Shown: piece after piece, positions 19,644-31,251 of the stretch
Layout: every line of letters begins with the position of its first letter
Position numbering within the stretch: position 1 is the first letter of the stretch
Program-made: the position numbers and the translations under genes
Notes under the pieces: generated by a model
The model's input: only the letters and a program-made list of their open reading frames with translations
The model's database searches: none
What the model was told of the DNA's origin: nothing
Source of the DNA: an uncultured bacterium
GTDB lineage: Bacteria; Babelota; Babeliae; Babelales; Vermiphilaceae
NCBI GenBank assembly: GCA_963701085.1
Contig: OY969561.1
Span: forward strand, 1,088,001-1,152,000
Reading direction: 5' to 3'
Length of the DNA: 64,000 nt

Positions 19644-21008
19644 TTATTTCCTTGGAGGATAAAGGTGATCAATACATTCCTGTATATTTTCGTCAGAAGA
19701 CCGAGCTAATATTGTTATATGATTAACTAACTCTGTAAATTCATCAAGTGCATATATTTCTTTGTTGAACACCGTATTATCACATGAATCAGGTAAGGCA
19801 AAATTGGAGTTACAATAGCGGAATTCGTTATAAGCTTTGAATTGAGTATATGTTGGTGTTATTTTATCTTTTCGTTGATTATTGTATTTTTTTATGAGAT
19901 GGCAAAGAATACCAATACGTTTTTTTGCACGATGCGGATTATCGTCTAGTTTTATGATGCTTAACAATATAAAAAGTCCTTCTTCTGTTGTTAGCTCTGA
20001 TTCAATAATATCATAACCAAAATCATATTCTTGTTTTTTAGGAATTGATGTTATTCCGGCTTCGATTATTTTTATTAAATCATACAGGTAGATACCTACT
20101 GTTTCTTGATATTCTGCATATTTTGTGTAGCAGATCACACAAGATGCCAGCTCATAAAACTTATCTTTTAAATCAGCATATGATAATTGTGAGTAATTGT
20201 TTTGTGGGATTTCTTTGTTTGAATAGACATAAGAAATAAAAGTCTTCATTAAGCCGTTATAGGGCTTCATACTTGCATACGATTCTAAATTATAAAATGC
20301 ATGATAGTTATGGCATACTGATTCATGGTCGTATATATAATAGGTTTTGCTTGTGTTAGCAGAAGATGGAAGGTCAAGGATTTTGGCAAGTTGGTTGTTA
20401 GTTTTTGGTGTTAATTTTTTTTTGTATAACTCATTATTATTTGGAAGAAGTTCTTTTGTGTTGTTGACCGTCAGGTTATAGCGTTTTAAATAACCAAAAA
20501 AAAGCACCATTTTTTCTTCTGATGCCTCTTGTTTGTCCAGCCATTTATCATATGAATATTTCCCCATAACATCTTCATCTATATTTTTATTCTTTGCATC
20601 ATTCATATCAGTAATTAAAGTAATCAGAGTTTTTGTAGAAAGGTTTTTAATAACAGTGAATACATTATCATACAATTGTTGTATATCGGTATGAGGTTGC
20701 ACGGGAATAAGGGTGCGTAAAAATGGCTTTGTTTCTTCTTTTTCACATTGTTTTTTTGTTAGGGCCGTATTATTTGTATGCATTGGGCGGTAGATGGGTG
20801 TAAGTTCAATTTCATTGATAGCAATTGTTTGGTCGCGTTTATAGGTCATATTCATAATGTTATCTAGATATTTCTCGTTAGTATCATATGCCTCGCACAC
20901 AGGTATATTTTGTGGCACAGGATGATGAATCTTGGGGCGTTCTCGTTCCATGCATGAGGTTGATACAATATGGGTTGCGAGTAATAAAAAAGCAGATATT
21001 TTTTTCAT
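19644..21008 (-). CDS. Secreted orphan protein, paralogue 3 of 3 (no repeat insert)
   Basis: MERERPKIHHP shared with paralogue 1; C-terminal YPPRK shared with paralogue 2. Confidence 0.85.
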   Translation of the reverse strand: MKKISAFLLLATHIVSTSCMERERPKIHHPVPQNIPVCEAYDTNEKYLDNIMNMTYKRDQTIAINEIELTPIYRPMHTNNTALTKKQCEKEETKPFLRTLIPVQPHTDIQQLYDNVFTVIKNLSTKTLITLITDMNDAKNKNIDEDVMGKYSYDKWLDKQEASEEKMVLFFGYLKRYNLTVNNTKELLPNNNELYKKKLTPKTNNQLAKILDLPSSANTSKTYYIYDHESVCHNYHAFYNLESYASMKPYNGLMKTFISYVYSNKEIPQNNYSQLSYADLKDKFYELASCVICYTKYAEYQETVGIYLYDLIKIIEAGITSIPKKQEYDFGYDIIESELTTEEGLFILLSIIKLDDNPHRAKKRIGILCHLIKKYNNQRKDKITPTYTQFKAYNEFRYCNSNFALPDSCDNTVFNKEIYALDEFTELVNHITILARSSDENIQECIDHLYPPRK

Positions 21009-21167
21009 GCGATAATTCCTTGAAGGCATAATTAATGGTCATAGCATTGCATATTTTATAGCATGAATGAGTACGATCGTCCATGGGTGTTTTTTTGTGT
21101 ACTTGACTCTTATCATTATAAAAATATATGTTTGGGAATAGATGAATTTAAAAAAAAGGAAGAGATT

Positions 21168-21380
21168 ATGTTGAATGCATTTGAACAATTGCCGAATAAA
21201 TATCAAGGAATATTATATTTCGGAGCAGGATCGGTGATGCTTTTGTACGCTCTTGGTTTTATTGAAAAAGGTATCACGCTGATTATAGTTTTGTTTGCGC
21301 TTTATTTAATTGGTGTTGGTTGTGTAAAAAGTGGATTGTACCAAAAAATGATGGGTACAATAAAACAGGTAAAAAAATAA
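21168..21380 (+). CDS. Small two-TM membrane protein
   Basis: ATG after aaggaagag; two hydrophobic segments. Confidence 0.65.
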   Translation: MLNAFEQLPNKYQGILYFGAGSVMLLYALGFIEKGITLIIVLFALYLIGVGCVKSGLYQKMMGTIKQVKK

Positions 21381-21401
21381 AAGAAAAGGAATAGCCGATC
21401 G

Positions 21402-22295
21402 CTATTCCTTACCATATTTCTGAATTTTATAGGACATGGTTTTCCAGATAGCATCTTGCATATTCTTAGGGAATGTGGACCACATTGTTATTAATTCTTT
21501 ATAAGGGATAGTACATTTTAATGCTACATCCTTTATAAGATTTTCAGGTGTATCTATTTTCTTATTTGGTTTTTCAATAAGTAGCCATGTGAGCAGGGCT
21601 TTCTTGAGCAGCAGTTGCTCTAATGTATAATCAGCATAACGCGCAAATATACGTATTTTGTGATCATCTGAAGTTGTTGCAACGAGCTTTCCCTCGACGT
21701 CACAGCAGGCTGAACAAGGCGGGCTGCCAGGTGAAAAAGAATCAATTTTTTGATATGTTTGTCTATCAAAGATATGTACTTTGCCAAACAATGATACAGT
21801 TGCAATGAATCTTCCAGGTCGGCTAAAGTAGTCTAAATAATCCGAGTCATCAAGTTCATATGAAAGAACTCTTTGCTGTTTTTGTATATTAAATCTCTGC
21901 ACTTTGCCACTATGTGATGCTATTTCAAGGTATTCTTTAGAGGGATAAAAGCAAACTGAGGCAAATTTGTAGTTACCATAATTAAAAGAAGCAATTTCTT
22001 GATGTTTTTGTATATCAAATATACGTGCCTGGCCATTAATGAATGATGATGCTGTTGCAAGGAGGTTTCCAGAAGGGTCAAAGCAGATTGAAGTAATGTA
22101 GCTACTATGTTCAAATATTTTATCTAAATACCACCATTGTTTTAGGTTTACATGGTTAATGATTTCTTGTTTAACGTCATTGGAGATGGTATGTTGCAAC
22201 GGAATTAGGTTGCATAGTTGTTTACGTTGCAACTCCATGCCTGTTAAGGAAAAATATATAGTAGTTGTAAGAACATACGCATATATTGTGTTCAT
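21402..22295 (-). CDS. Secreted WD40-repeat protein
   Basis: ITSICFDPSGNLLATAS..ARIFD-type repeats; signal peptide LTG|ME. Confidence 0.85.
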   Translation of the reverse strand: MNTIYAYVLTTTIYFSLTGMELQRKQLCNLIPLQHTISNDVKQEIINHVNLKQWWYLDKIFEHSSYITSICFDPSGNLLATASSFINGQARIFDIQKHQEIASFNYGNYKFASVCFYPSKEYLEIASHSGKVQRFNIQKQQRVLSYELDDSDYLDYFSRPGRFIATVSLFGKVHIFDRQTYQKIDSFSPGSPPCSACCDVEGKLVATTSDDHKIRIFARYADYTLEQLLLKKALLTWLLIEKPNKKIDTPENLIKDVALKCTIPYKELITMWSTFPKNMQDAIWKTMSYKIQKYGKE

Positions 22296-22308
22296 GACGG
22301 ATTTGCTT

Positions 22309-25300
22309 TTATTCCTTTCTTATTTTTCCGTCATCAACTAAGCCATGTTTGGATGAATGAGTGTCAGCGGGTATTTTGGTTTCAAAGTACTGACCGAATT
22401 CATCAATTTTATACATAGGTATTGCAAAGTCAATGCCATTTTCTCTGAATGCTTTTGCAATGAGCAAACGGATATCACTGCCAAGATCCCACATTTCAAG
22501 CGTGTAGGCAGAGCTGACAAAGCAGCGTACCATAAATTCATACCCATATTCAGTAAAATTGCTTAAACGAATAATAGGACGTGGATTTTTGAGTACATTG
22601 GGGTGTTCTTCCGTTGCAGCAAGTAAGATAGATTTCACACGCTGAGCATCTTCCTTAAAATAGACATAGAGCGTGATATCATTAAGCGCGATAAAGTTGC
22701 GAACATAGTTCCAATTTTCAATTGATTTACTGACTATGAGTGTGTTTGGCACGATAATTGTTGTGCTATTTTTTCTGCGTAAAACAACCGCGCGTGGGGT
22801 AATTTTACGAACAACACCCATGGTTTCTTCATCAACTTTTATGTAATCACCAATTTTAATGGGGCGTTGGACTAAGATTACAAAATAAGAGATAAAGTCG
22901 CTAATAGGGTCTTTGAGATACAAACCAATACTCAGTGCTAACGCAATAAAGACGTTACCGATTAATGATCCAAGGCCAACGCTATTGAATGCAAAGAATA
23001 CCGCGATAATAATAACAATGTATTGAATAATGCTGTTAACGGTATGTTGTACCCCTGATTCAACTAATAACAGATCAAAGATGCGTGCAAGAACATACTG
23101 TTTTAATGAGTAGGCAATGGTAAGACCACCAATAAAGAATGCAATGATTTTTAATAAAGACATGATGGTAATGGGGTGCATGGTGTCTTCAAGAATGAGT
23201 GGTACTTTGAGCCATTGTCGTAAATCAGTGAATGTAACATCCCATCCCCATATTTTTGCCGCACCAATAAATCCGATAAATCCTAAGATAACAAATGATC
23301 CAATGATGACTAAGCCAAAATAGGTTTTTGCATATGAAAAGCGTTCGCGAACAATGGCGTCTTCTTGGGAGAAAAAGAGCATTGATGTACTCTTTTTTAC
23401 AAAATCATGAAGTAATGACAATAGTTTCATAAGTATTGCCATATAAATGGAGCCGGAAAGTAGGTAAAGGACCAGTCGGCCAAAACCAACATATGGGTTG
23501 CTCATGATAATAATGGCAACAACAAAGAACAGTATAAGATAATAATAGTGATCAACGTGAGCGTGCACCCATCGCCAAAAATCAGAATAATCAGGAATAA
23601 TTCCCATGATCTGTTCTTTGGTGATCAAAAAGATCAATGAAATTTGCAAAATAATAAAGTTTACGGCAAGGAGGATATTGGATAACTCTGATCGTAAGTA
23701 CACCGGTGAGAGCATAAAAGCTTGGCGGAAGAAGAATACGATGATCGTGAGATATACCAAGGTAGAAAAGACAAGCTCAAATCGACGTTGGAACTCTTCA
23801 GAAAGTAATACATGACTATATTCTTCATTCATGGACATCAACATTTTCATAAATCGTTGAGAGAGATACAAAAGATAGGGAATGGAAAAGAGGTAAAAGA
23901 GAATAAAGAGATAGTTATCAGGGATAACGCAGCAGAATAACCATATCATCATCCATGTAAAAATGCCGCGGCTGAATGTACAGGCAAATGTGATAAGTGT
24001 GCCAAGAATAAATCCTGCCATGCTTATTAAAGCACCATGATTGCCGCTGCGAATGAGTGTTAATGTGATGAGCGCCGATTGATGTTTTTTTATGAACAAG
24101 AGTGAGAATATGAGTGTAAGGAGGGTAAAGAATAAAAAGAGGACATTAAGTCGGGCGAGAAAATCCGTCATAAAGATGAGTAAGAAGCACTTTGCTATTG
24201 AATTTGGCCATATAGATACGAATATCATTAAAGAAGCTTTTCGCATCGGAAAGGATATTTTTTACCCCCTCAAGCGTAATTGCATAGGCTGGGCGATACC
24301 ATATGGTGCTGGTTTGCAGTTCAGTGCTAATAAAATCAATTAATCGTACCGTGCTATTGATTTCAGCGATTATTCCTGAATAGATCCCTGTTAATTTGCC
24401 CAAGATATCAATTTGTTTTTTGAGTGCTCTATCAGCGCGTGTTACATAGGCAAGGAATTGGTTATGTTCTTTAATTTTATTTTTAAAAATAAGATCATTT
24501 TGTTTTTCAGTGTCTTCACGGAATGCATTGACTCTATCAAGAATTTTTTTGATTTGATTAAGAGAGTTGGCTACAGCATTTATTTTAGTTTGATAAAGCT
24601 TGCTGTTTTCTTCAGCAATTTTCTTTTTTGTTTCGTAATCAGTGCGTTCTTTGGTGATCTCTTCTTCAGTGAGAAAACCTCGTGTAGAAATTTTATGATA
24701 GGTTATTTTTGCTTCAGTTTTTATTTTTTTATAGTTAAATTTCTCTTCTTCAAGTGCTAAATGTGCATCCAGTAAATCTTTTTCCTTGGTATAGAGAATA
24801 ACTTCTGCATTTAATGCGCCAATCTGTACAAGGCCTACATAGGAGTCTGATGTTTGTTTTGGTTTTTTACTCCATTCATCAACTTCGCTGCCGAGAGGAA
24901 TTGAAAGTTGCTTACTCAATTCGTTGAGCTCTTTTTCTTTATTTTTTTGGAGAGTTACTAATTTTTTCACGATCATGCCGTAGTGAATCTTTGTGAGAAA
25001 AATAGGTTTTTTGTTCCCTTGCTAACTCTTCTTCAGCGAGCGCTAGGTCTGCTTCACTGACGTGAATTGCTGATTTGACGATGCGGAGTTGTTTTTTGAA
25101 AAGATCAAGATAAGATTTTGCTAAAAAGAGCTGTAGTTCAAGTGATTTTATACGATAATTGATTTCTTTAAATCGTATATCGGCAAGCTGCTTTTTATAT
25201 TTATAGAGATGATCTTCGAGTTTAATAATTTCTTTTTCATGCTCAGTATCTCCACTAAGCATGCTGTTTGCAGCAATAGCTTCAGTATAGGCCTTGATAT

Positions 25301-25929
25301 CTTGTTGACGTCTGTCATATTCTTCTTGGAGGGTTGTTATAATTCTTTTTCTGCTTTCTTTTTCTACACGCATGCTTTTTTCTTGTTCCGCCAATTGTGT
25401 TACTCGTTGTTCATAATCAAGAATATGATCATGTAATGATTGAAGATCATCAAAAGAGTAGTAGAGACGTTCGTTGTAGTTTGTTCTTTTTCTTGAATGA
25501 TTTCAAAATAAGGGTCTTCAAGAAAGGATCGTAATTGTGTAATAATTTCGGTAACGAGTGAGATATAGTCATCATAAATACGTTGCATATCTTTGAGTGT
25601 TTGTTCTGATTCATTAAGTATTGATTGTTGTTTTAAGGAGAAAATCATCTTCAGAATTTTTTTGTAACCCGCTTTCTACATTGGCTAAGTAATGTTTTAA
25701 CTTCATCTAATTTGTCGTAAAATTTTTTCCGTAAAAGATTTATTCGAACTCATTAGTTCGGATTGTTCTTTTTCAAGCTCATCTAATAGTTTTTGTTTTT
25801 CCTCAATAACGCCAACAAAAAATTTTTGACTGGTGATCAGTTTTTACAAATTGTTTGAAAAAATCTCCGCCATGGCAGATGATGTTAAGAGAGAAGGAGT
25901 ATAAGAGATGCTTTTTTTATTATTTTCAT
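22309..25929 (-). CDS. Large MscS-family mechanosensitive channel (MscK-like) split by several frameshifts
   Basis: C-terminal RPIKIGDYI and IVPN...ENW motifs; upstream coiled-coil fragments 24146-24976, 24939-25394, 25400-25648; probable ATG overlapping the recO stop. Confidence 0.8.
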
Positions 25930-26531
25930 AATGCCCTATTTTCTGCTAAAAAATGAACTGTCTTAAATTCATTAACATATGGATGTTGCCAAATGCAACA
26001 CCATAACCATCTATCCAATTCTTTTTCATACACTGTATCAATTGTTATTTCATTGAGTTTTTCAATATTAATAGTGTTTAGGTGGGTAATAAGTTCTGTG
26101 CGTGCTTCATTTAGTTCCGGTATACTACCCATACTTGTGAGCAATTTTAATAAAAAAAACTTTTTAAATTGCGTTGTCATGAGTGCATGCTCAGTTATAT
26201 ATAAAAAGGCAAGAAGATCAAATACCTCTTTTGAGCAACTGCCTACATTGGTGAAATAATAAATGAGTTCAAGTACATGATGGAAAAAAAGCATATCAGC
26301 TTGTGCTAAAGAAAGAGGAATGTATAAAAGAGTGCTATCGCTTATAAAATGTATTGCCTGTTGTTGTTTGATGTTATAGGTGATAAGTGCACCAGTGGAC
26401 AGGGAAGGTGTTGTGGTAACACATTCAATTTTTCCCTGAACTTTATCCAAAACTATCACTTTATATGGTGATGAGCTATTTTTTCTTAAAATAATACCCA
26501 CAGAACCCAAAAACACTATCTCGCTCCTCAT
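25926..26531 (-). CDS. recO: Probable DNA repair protein RecO
   Basis: GIILRK N-terminal OB pattern; FDLL and FLLKLL.SMG.IPEL motifs. Confidence 0.7.
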   Translation of the reverse strand: MRSEIVFLGSVGIILRKNSSSPYKVIVLDKVQGKIECVTTTPSLSTGALITYNIKQQQAIHFISDSTLLYIPLSLAQADMLFFHHVLELIYYFTNVGSCSKEVFDLLAFLYITEHALMTTQFKKFFLLKLLTSMGSIPELNEARTELITHLNTINIEKLNEITIDTVYEKELDRWLWCCIWQHPYVNEFKTVHFLAENRAL

Positions 26532-26685
26532 GTATATATATTAATCCTAACGCACAAGAAATAATCTCGCTAGTATTACGTTAAAAAATATAAATATCTT
26601 TTTTTATTAGCAAATAATGTGCTAAGTTAAATTTATGGAAAAAAAGAATCATAGTTTTTTCTTATTAGAATATTAGGGGGTTAGT

Positions 26686-28360
26686 ATGAAGAAATGTACG
26701 ATGTCCATGGTCTTTACTTTATTTGTATATATTATTTTTTTTATTCCCATATCCGTTTTAGGGTATAATGCTCGGCCGCCGCGCTTGACGGTGGTGTTAG
26801 TTGTTGATCAGTTTGCGCATCATTATATTAATAAGTTGTATCCTCATTTAAAGCATGGGTTAAGGTATTTGTTGGATAATGGTGTTGTGTATACCAATGC
26901 ACATATGCCGCATGGTCAACCAAGTACTGCAACTGGTCATGCAGGTCTTAATACAGGAACATGTGCAAAAGACCATGGTTTTATTGCTAATGCATGGTAT
27001 GAGAATGGTAAGAAAGTTGCCTGTGATGATGATGCATCAGGCAATGCTCTTGTTTTTTCGCCTGATGGAATGCATGATTATGGCAAATCGGCACAAAGAT
27101 TAATGGCTGATGGTTTATCTGATCAATGTGTATTGCAGTCAAAACCAAACAGTAATTTTGCTGTATATAGTATTTCTGGAAAAAGTCGTTCAGCAATTGC
27201 AACAGCGAGCAAGCTTGGAAAAGCATTGTGGTTTGATCATCAAACAGGGATTTTTACTTCGAGTAAAGCATATTTTGATAGTTTACCTGAGTGGATACAG
27301 GAATTTAACAGCACTCATGATCTGAGTAAAAAGAGTCCAATAACATGGAAACCTATGTATCCAGAAAGCCCGTATGCGTATAATTTTTTTAATATTAATA
27401 ATTATGATTATACCCATGAAAAACCGATGATTAATAGGGCGCTGCCGGTGTGTGATGAAGCGCATCCTCACCATAAATATCATTGGTTTGAAAAAACGCC
27501 TCAGGCTAATCAATATATTTTAGATTGCGCCCAAACATGTATTAAAACACACGTGAGCAGAAAACACAGGGATCGTTTGCTGTTATGGGTATGCCTCAGT
27601 CCTCTTGATAAAATTGGACATAAATATGGTCCGAGTAGTATGGAAGCAATTGATATGATTTATCATCTTGATAAACAGATACGTCGTTTTATTCGTCAAA
27701 CGCTCAGGGTGATTGGCAAGCATGAAGTGGTATTTGCTCTTACTGCTGATCATGGCGTGATGCCAATTCCTCAGCTCCTTGCGCAACAAGGATTAACACA
27801 AGCTCGTAGGCTTGATCGTGTTGAATTGATCAATAATATTAATAAAAAAGTTAAAGAAAAGTATGATCTTGAACAGATAGTTACTGGGTTTAAGTGTCAA
27901 GAATTGTTGGTTAATGAGCCTGCTTTACAGCAATTGGATTCCACAAAACATGCAGAAGTTATGAGGGATATAAAGTTTTATGCATCGCAAGAACCGGGGA
28001 TTCTGAATGTATGGTTGTATGATGATTTTATACATCTTCCTACTCAGCCCAATACCATAGAAGAAAATATTAAAAATCAGTTGTTTAAAGGACGTAGCGG
28101 TTCAGTGATCATTAAAACAGAACCGTATGTTGTGGTAACCCATTGGAAAGAGGGAACTGAGCATAAGACACCGTATGATTATGATACGCATGTGCCATTG
28201 ATAATTTTCCATCCGGGTAAGTTTGAACGCAGAATATGTGCGCAAACGTGTTGCTGCGTTGCAATTGGCCAATACACTTGCTGAACTGTTGAATGTTCCT
28301 AAACCATCTGCATCAACATATGAGATATTGCCTGACTTGTTCGATCCTGAATATAAATAA
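26686..28360 (+). CDS. Alkaline phosphatase family (PafA-like) protein, frameshift near 28233
   Basis: VVDQ, TATGHA, DKIGHKYGP, TADHG, YDTHVPLI motifs; alternate frame continues ANTLAELLNVPKPSAS to stop at 28360. Confidence 0.9.
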
Positions 28361-28364
28361 GCGT

Positions 28365-28415
28365 AAAAAAAAAGAAGGTCCTGGTGCATAGTGCATGCAG
28401 GACCTTCTTTTTTTT
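28365..28415. terminator. Bidirectional intrinsic terminator
   Basis: A-tract-gaaggtcctg...caggaccttc-T-tract between convergent genes. Confidence 0.85.
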
Positions 28416-28593
28416 AATTCATTGGTGGGCGTTTGCCACGAAGAAAGTTCATTATAACTGATAAGGCAAGCAATATAATGAAAATAAAGAAAAGCATTCT
28501 TGCTATCTCAACAGATACTATTTCCACTCCGGTGAAACCTAATAATCCGGCAACAATTGCAAGAACTAAAAAGGTTATAATCATATTTAACAT
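28414..28593 (-). CDS. DUF1328/UPF0391 small membrane protein
   Basis: FLVLAIVAGLLGFTG..IARMLFFIF pattern; aggag RBS. Confidence 0.85.
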   Translation of the reverse strand: MLNMIITFLVLAIVAGLLGFTGVEIVSVEIARMLFFIFIILLALSVIMNFLRGKRPPMN

Positions 28594-28682
28594 AAACAGA
28601 CTCCTTTGAATAAACATTTTTCCTATATTATGAACATAGTTGTTTATACGATAGGATGACTGCCATGCAAAAAGCTACAAAA

Positions 28683-30854
28683 TTATGAGTTTAATCCCAT
28701 TTCTTGTAAGAACGCCTGTGCATTAGGTTCTCTACCCAAAAAATTATACAGTAATTCGTTCGGATCTTGTGCGCCACCTTTGCCAAGCACTTCTTTAATA
28801 TATTTTTGACCAATTTCAGGGTTGAGTAAACCATATTGTTTGATGGTTGCAAACAGATCAAGTGCAAATACTTTAGACCACAGGTAGCCATAATATTTTG
28901 CACTATAGCCGGTTAAGTGGCCAAATGAGGTGTAAAAGTGATTGTCTTCACAATATGCCATGTATGGCAACATTGTTGTGTACAATTGTTTCATAATTGC
29001 ATGAGGGTTTTTACCGTGCCCTCCGACCTGTCCTCCGGAGCCTTGGCGAAGGGGGAAGCTTTCAGCGAAGGATGGGTTTTCCCCATTTCCAAAATATGAT
29101 AGTGCAATGGAAGAAAGATATGTTTGGCGGGTGACAAAATAACCGGTTGTTAAGTTTTTGAGTTGAATTATTGTATCAATTATATCATCAGGCAACGGTT
29201 GCCCGGTGATATAATGTTTGCTTACTTTTTTTAAGATATCCTTATCATGCAACCATTCTTCCAGCATTTGTGAGGGTAGTTCTACAAAATCAGTTTTTGT
29301 ATGTGTTCCTGATAATGATGCGATTGAAGTAGCTCCTAAAACCGCATGAAGTGCATGGCCAAATTCGTGGAAAAATGTTTGAACTTCAGCGCGTTTGAGC
29401 AGTGAAGGCTTACCATCAGTTGCCTTGGAGAAATTAGCAATGACAATTGATACATCAGGAATGCGGGTGCCATCAGCTTTGTATGTTGACGGAATAATAG
29501 TGGTATGTGCCGCATGGCTGTATTTATTGGGGCGAGGATAAAGATCAAGTAAGAGTGTGCCGAGTAATACGTTACCTGCTTTATCAAGTACGCGTACAGC
29601 GGTTACCTCTTTGTGCCACAATCCGCTTACCGGAACTTCCTGAAATTCAATACTGAAAAATTGACGGTAAACATCAAGTAATTCATTAATGGTGTTTTGC
29701 ATAGGGAAGTACTCAGCTATTTTTTGTTCATCAAGATTGAAGTTATTTTTTTTATAACTGTTTTCAAGATATGCAAAATCCCATGGTTGAATTTTACCGT
29801 TCTGCGTTAACTCAACTGATGGAGGTAATGTTTGAGTAAGCGTTGCCATTTCCGCTTGAACTTTTGCCAATGATTTTTGTGCTAAATCAGCAATAAAAGC
29901 GTGTGCTTTCTGCGGCGTATGAGCCATTTGATCATCAATATCACAATGAGCAAAATCACTGTATCCAAGGAGTTGTGCAAGTTCATCACGCTTGGTGATA
30001 ATTGTTGTGAGTAACGCATCGTTGACAGGATATGCACGATTGTTAAATGCAATGTATAGTTTTTTACGTGTTTGCGGAACTGAGCAATTTTCCATAACTC
30101 TAAAGTATGTTGGGTAATCTACGCCAAGAGTATAGAACCCATCAGGTGTGGGCGTGAGTGTGTTTACAAAATCATTGTCTAAACCAGCAAGATCTTCACG
30201 TGTTACGGTAATTGAGCTATTATCTTGCGCTATATTGCGATCAAAATTTGCGCAGAGACTAGCTAATTCTTTGCGGAGTGCATTCACGAATGCTAATGTT
30301 TCATCAGGAAGTGATAAGCCTTCGCGTTTAAATGAGTTAATCGTATCGTTTACAAAATAACGTTGTTGTTTGGAAAGATTTTCATTTTCTATTGTTTGTG
30401 ATTCATATGCCATAAATGCATGATAAAGAGCTTTATTGCTTGTCACATTATCAACCCAAAAAGCTTGGATTCTTATAGAGGCATCATGCGCTGCATTGCG
30501 AATATTGGTATCTGGGCTCAGGAGCTCCAGTGCTTCATAGACCCGTTGTGCAATAGCAAGGTTAGATAATGAACACACTTCATCCAGTGGTCGTGCGGTA
30601 TTTGCATAAGTACGCTGATCATCAGGAACGGCAATAATAGCGGCAATAATGTTTTTTGCTTCATCAATATAGAGGGGTGTTTTTACCGCAATATCATCTG
30701 TGGTCAACGCGAAAAGAGAGATAATATCGGATGTATGGAATGCTTTGGTAATCATCTTTTTGTCCAATTCATTTGTTTTTGAGCAATAACTTAAGGTGGC
30801 TAAGAAAATAATCATTATGCCAAAAAAAAGTAAGCTCAACGAGTTTTGCTTCAT
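28683..30854 (-). CDS. M3 family oligopeptidase with in-frame nested family-B insert (29014-29076)
   Basis: FHEFGHALH, DFVELPSQMLE, YYGYLWS motifs. Confidence 0.95.
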   Translation of the reverse strand: MKQNSLSLLFFGIMIIFLATLSYCSKTNELDKKMITKAFHTSDIISLFALTTDDIAVKTPLYIDEAKNIIAAIIAVPDDQRTYANTARPLDEVCSLSNLAIAQRVYEALELLSPDTNIRNAAHDASIRIQAFWVDNVTSNKALYHAFMAYESQTIENENLSKQQRYFVNDTINSFKREGLSLPDETLAFVNALRKELASLCANFDRNIAQDNSSITVTREDLAGLDNDFVNTLTPTPDGFYTLGVDYPTYFRVMENCSVPQTRKKLYIAFNNRAYPVNDALLTTIITKRDELAQLLGYSDFAHCDIDDQMAHTPQKAHAFIADLAQKSLAKVQAEMATLTQTLPPSVELTQNGKIQPWDFAYLENSYKKNNFNLDEQKIAEYFPMQNTINELLDVYRQFFSIEFQEVPVSGLWHKEVTAVRVLDKAGNVLLGTLLLDLYPRPNKYSHAAHTTIIPSTYKADGTRIPDVSIVIANFSKATDGKPSLLKRAEVQTFFHEFGHALHAVLGATSIASLSGTHTKTDFVELPSQMLEEWLHDKDILKKVSKHYITGQPLPDDIIDTIIQLKNLTTGYFVTRQTYLSSIALSYFGNGENPSFAESFPLRQGSGGQVGGHGKNPHAIMKQLYTTMLPYMAYCEDNHFYTSFGHLTGYSAKYYGYLWSKVFALDLFATIKQYGLLNPEIGQKYIKEVLGKGGAQDPNELLYNFLGREPNAQAFLQEMGLNS

Positions 30855-30895
30855 TTTTTCTACTCTCCTTTAATTTTTTCCGATGTAGCAGTTAC

Positions 30896-31186
30896 TTATA
30901 ATTTTGCAGGTTGTTGCTTAAAATTTATAGGTTGTTGCTTAAAATCAGGATTGACGACGAAAAGTGTTTGATCTGTGTTGATAATAAATTTATTATCAAC
31001 TATACGAAAACCAGAGTTTTTATTGATAGTATCTAATGTATTTATATTATCAACTGTGTTATCAACGCAATCGTTTCGTAGAGAGGTAAGTGTTTTTTGT
31101 AATATTTTTGTATCTTTTTTTGTATGTTCCATTGTCCATATGTTGCTGCATAAGCTTAATGCAGTGATAATGATATATTTTTTCAT
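30896..31186 (-). CDS. Small secreted hypothetical protein
   Basis: Signal peptide IWT|ME; FKQQP duplicated at the C-terminus. Confidence 0.65.
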   Translation of the reverse strand: MKKYIIITALSLCSNIWTMEHTKKDTKILQKTLTSLRNDCVDNTVDNINTLDTINKNSGFRIVDNKFIINTDQTLFVVNPDFKQQPINFKQQPAKL

Positions 31187-31251
31187 ACGGCGTCCATTTT
31201 AGAAAATAGTGAGATAATTGACTAATATTATTTATGATATACAAATATGCT

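Noticed and set aside
22309-25929. Pseudogenisation or programmed frameshifting of mscS, phosphatase, ankyrin and ddl genes
   Set aside because: Breaks look like scattered single-base indels, often near homopolymers, with intact coding on both sides; assembly error is more likely, though reads are needed to confirm
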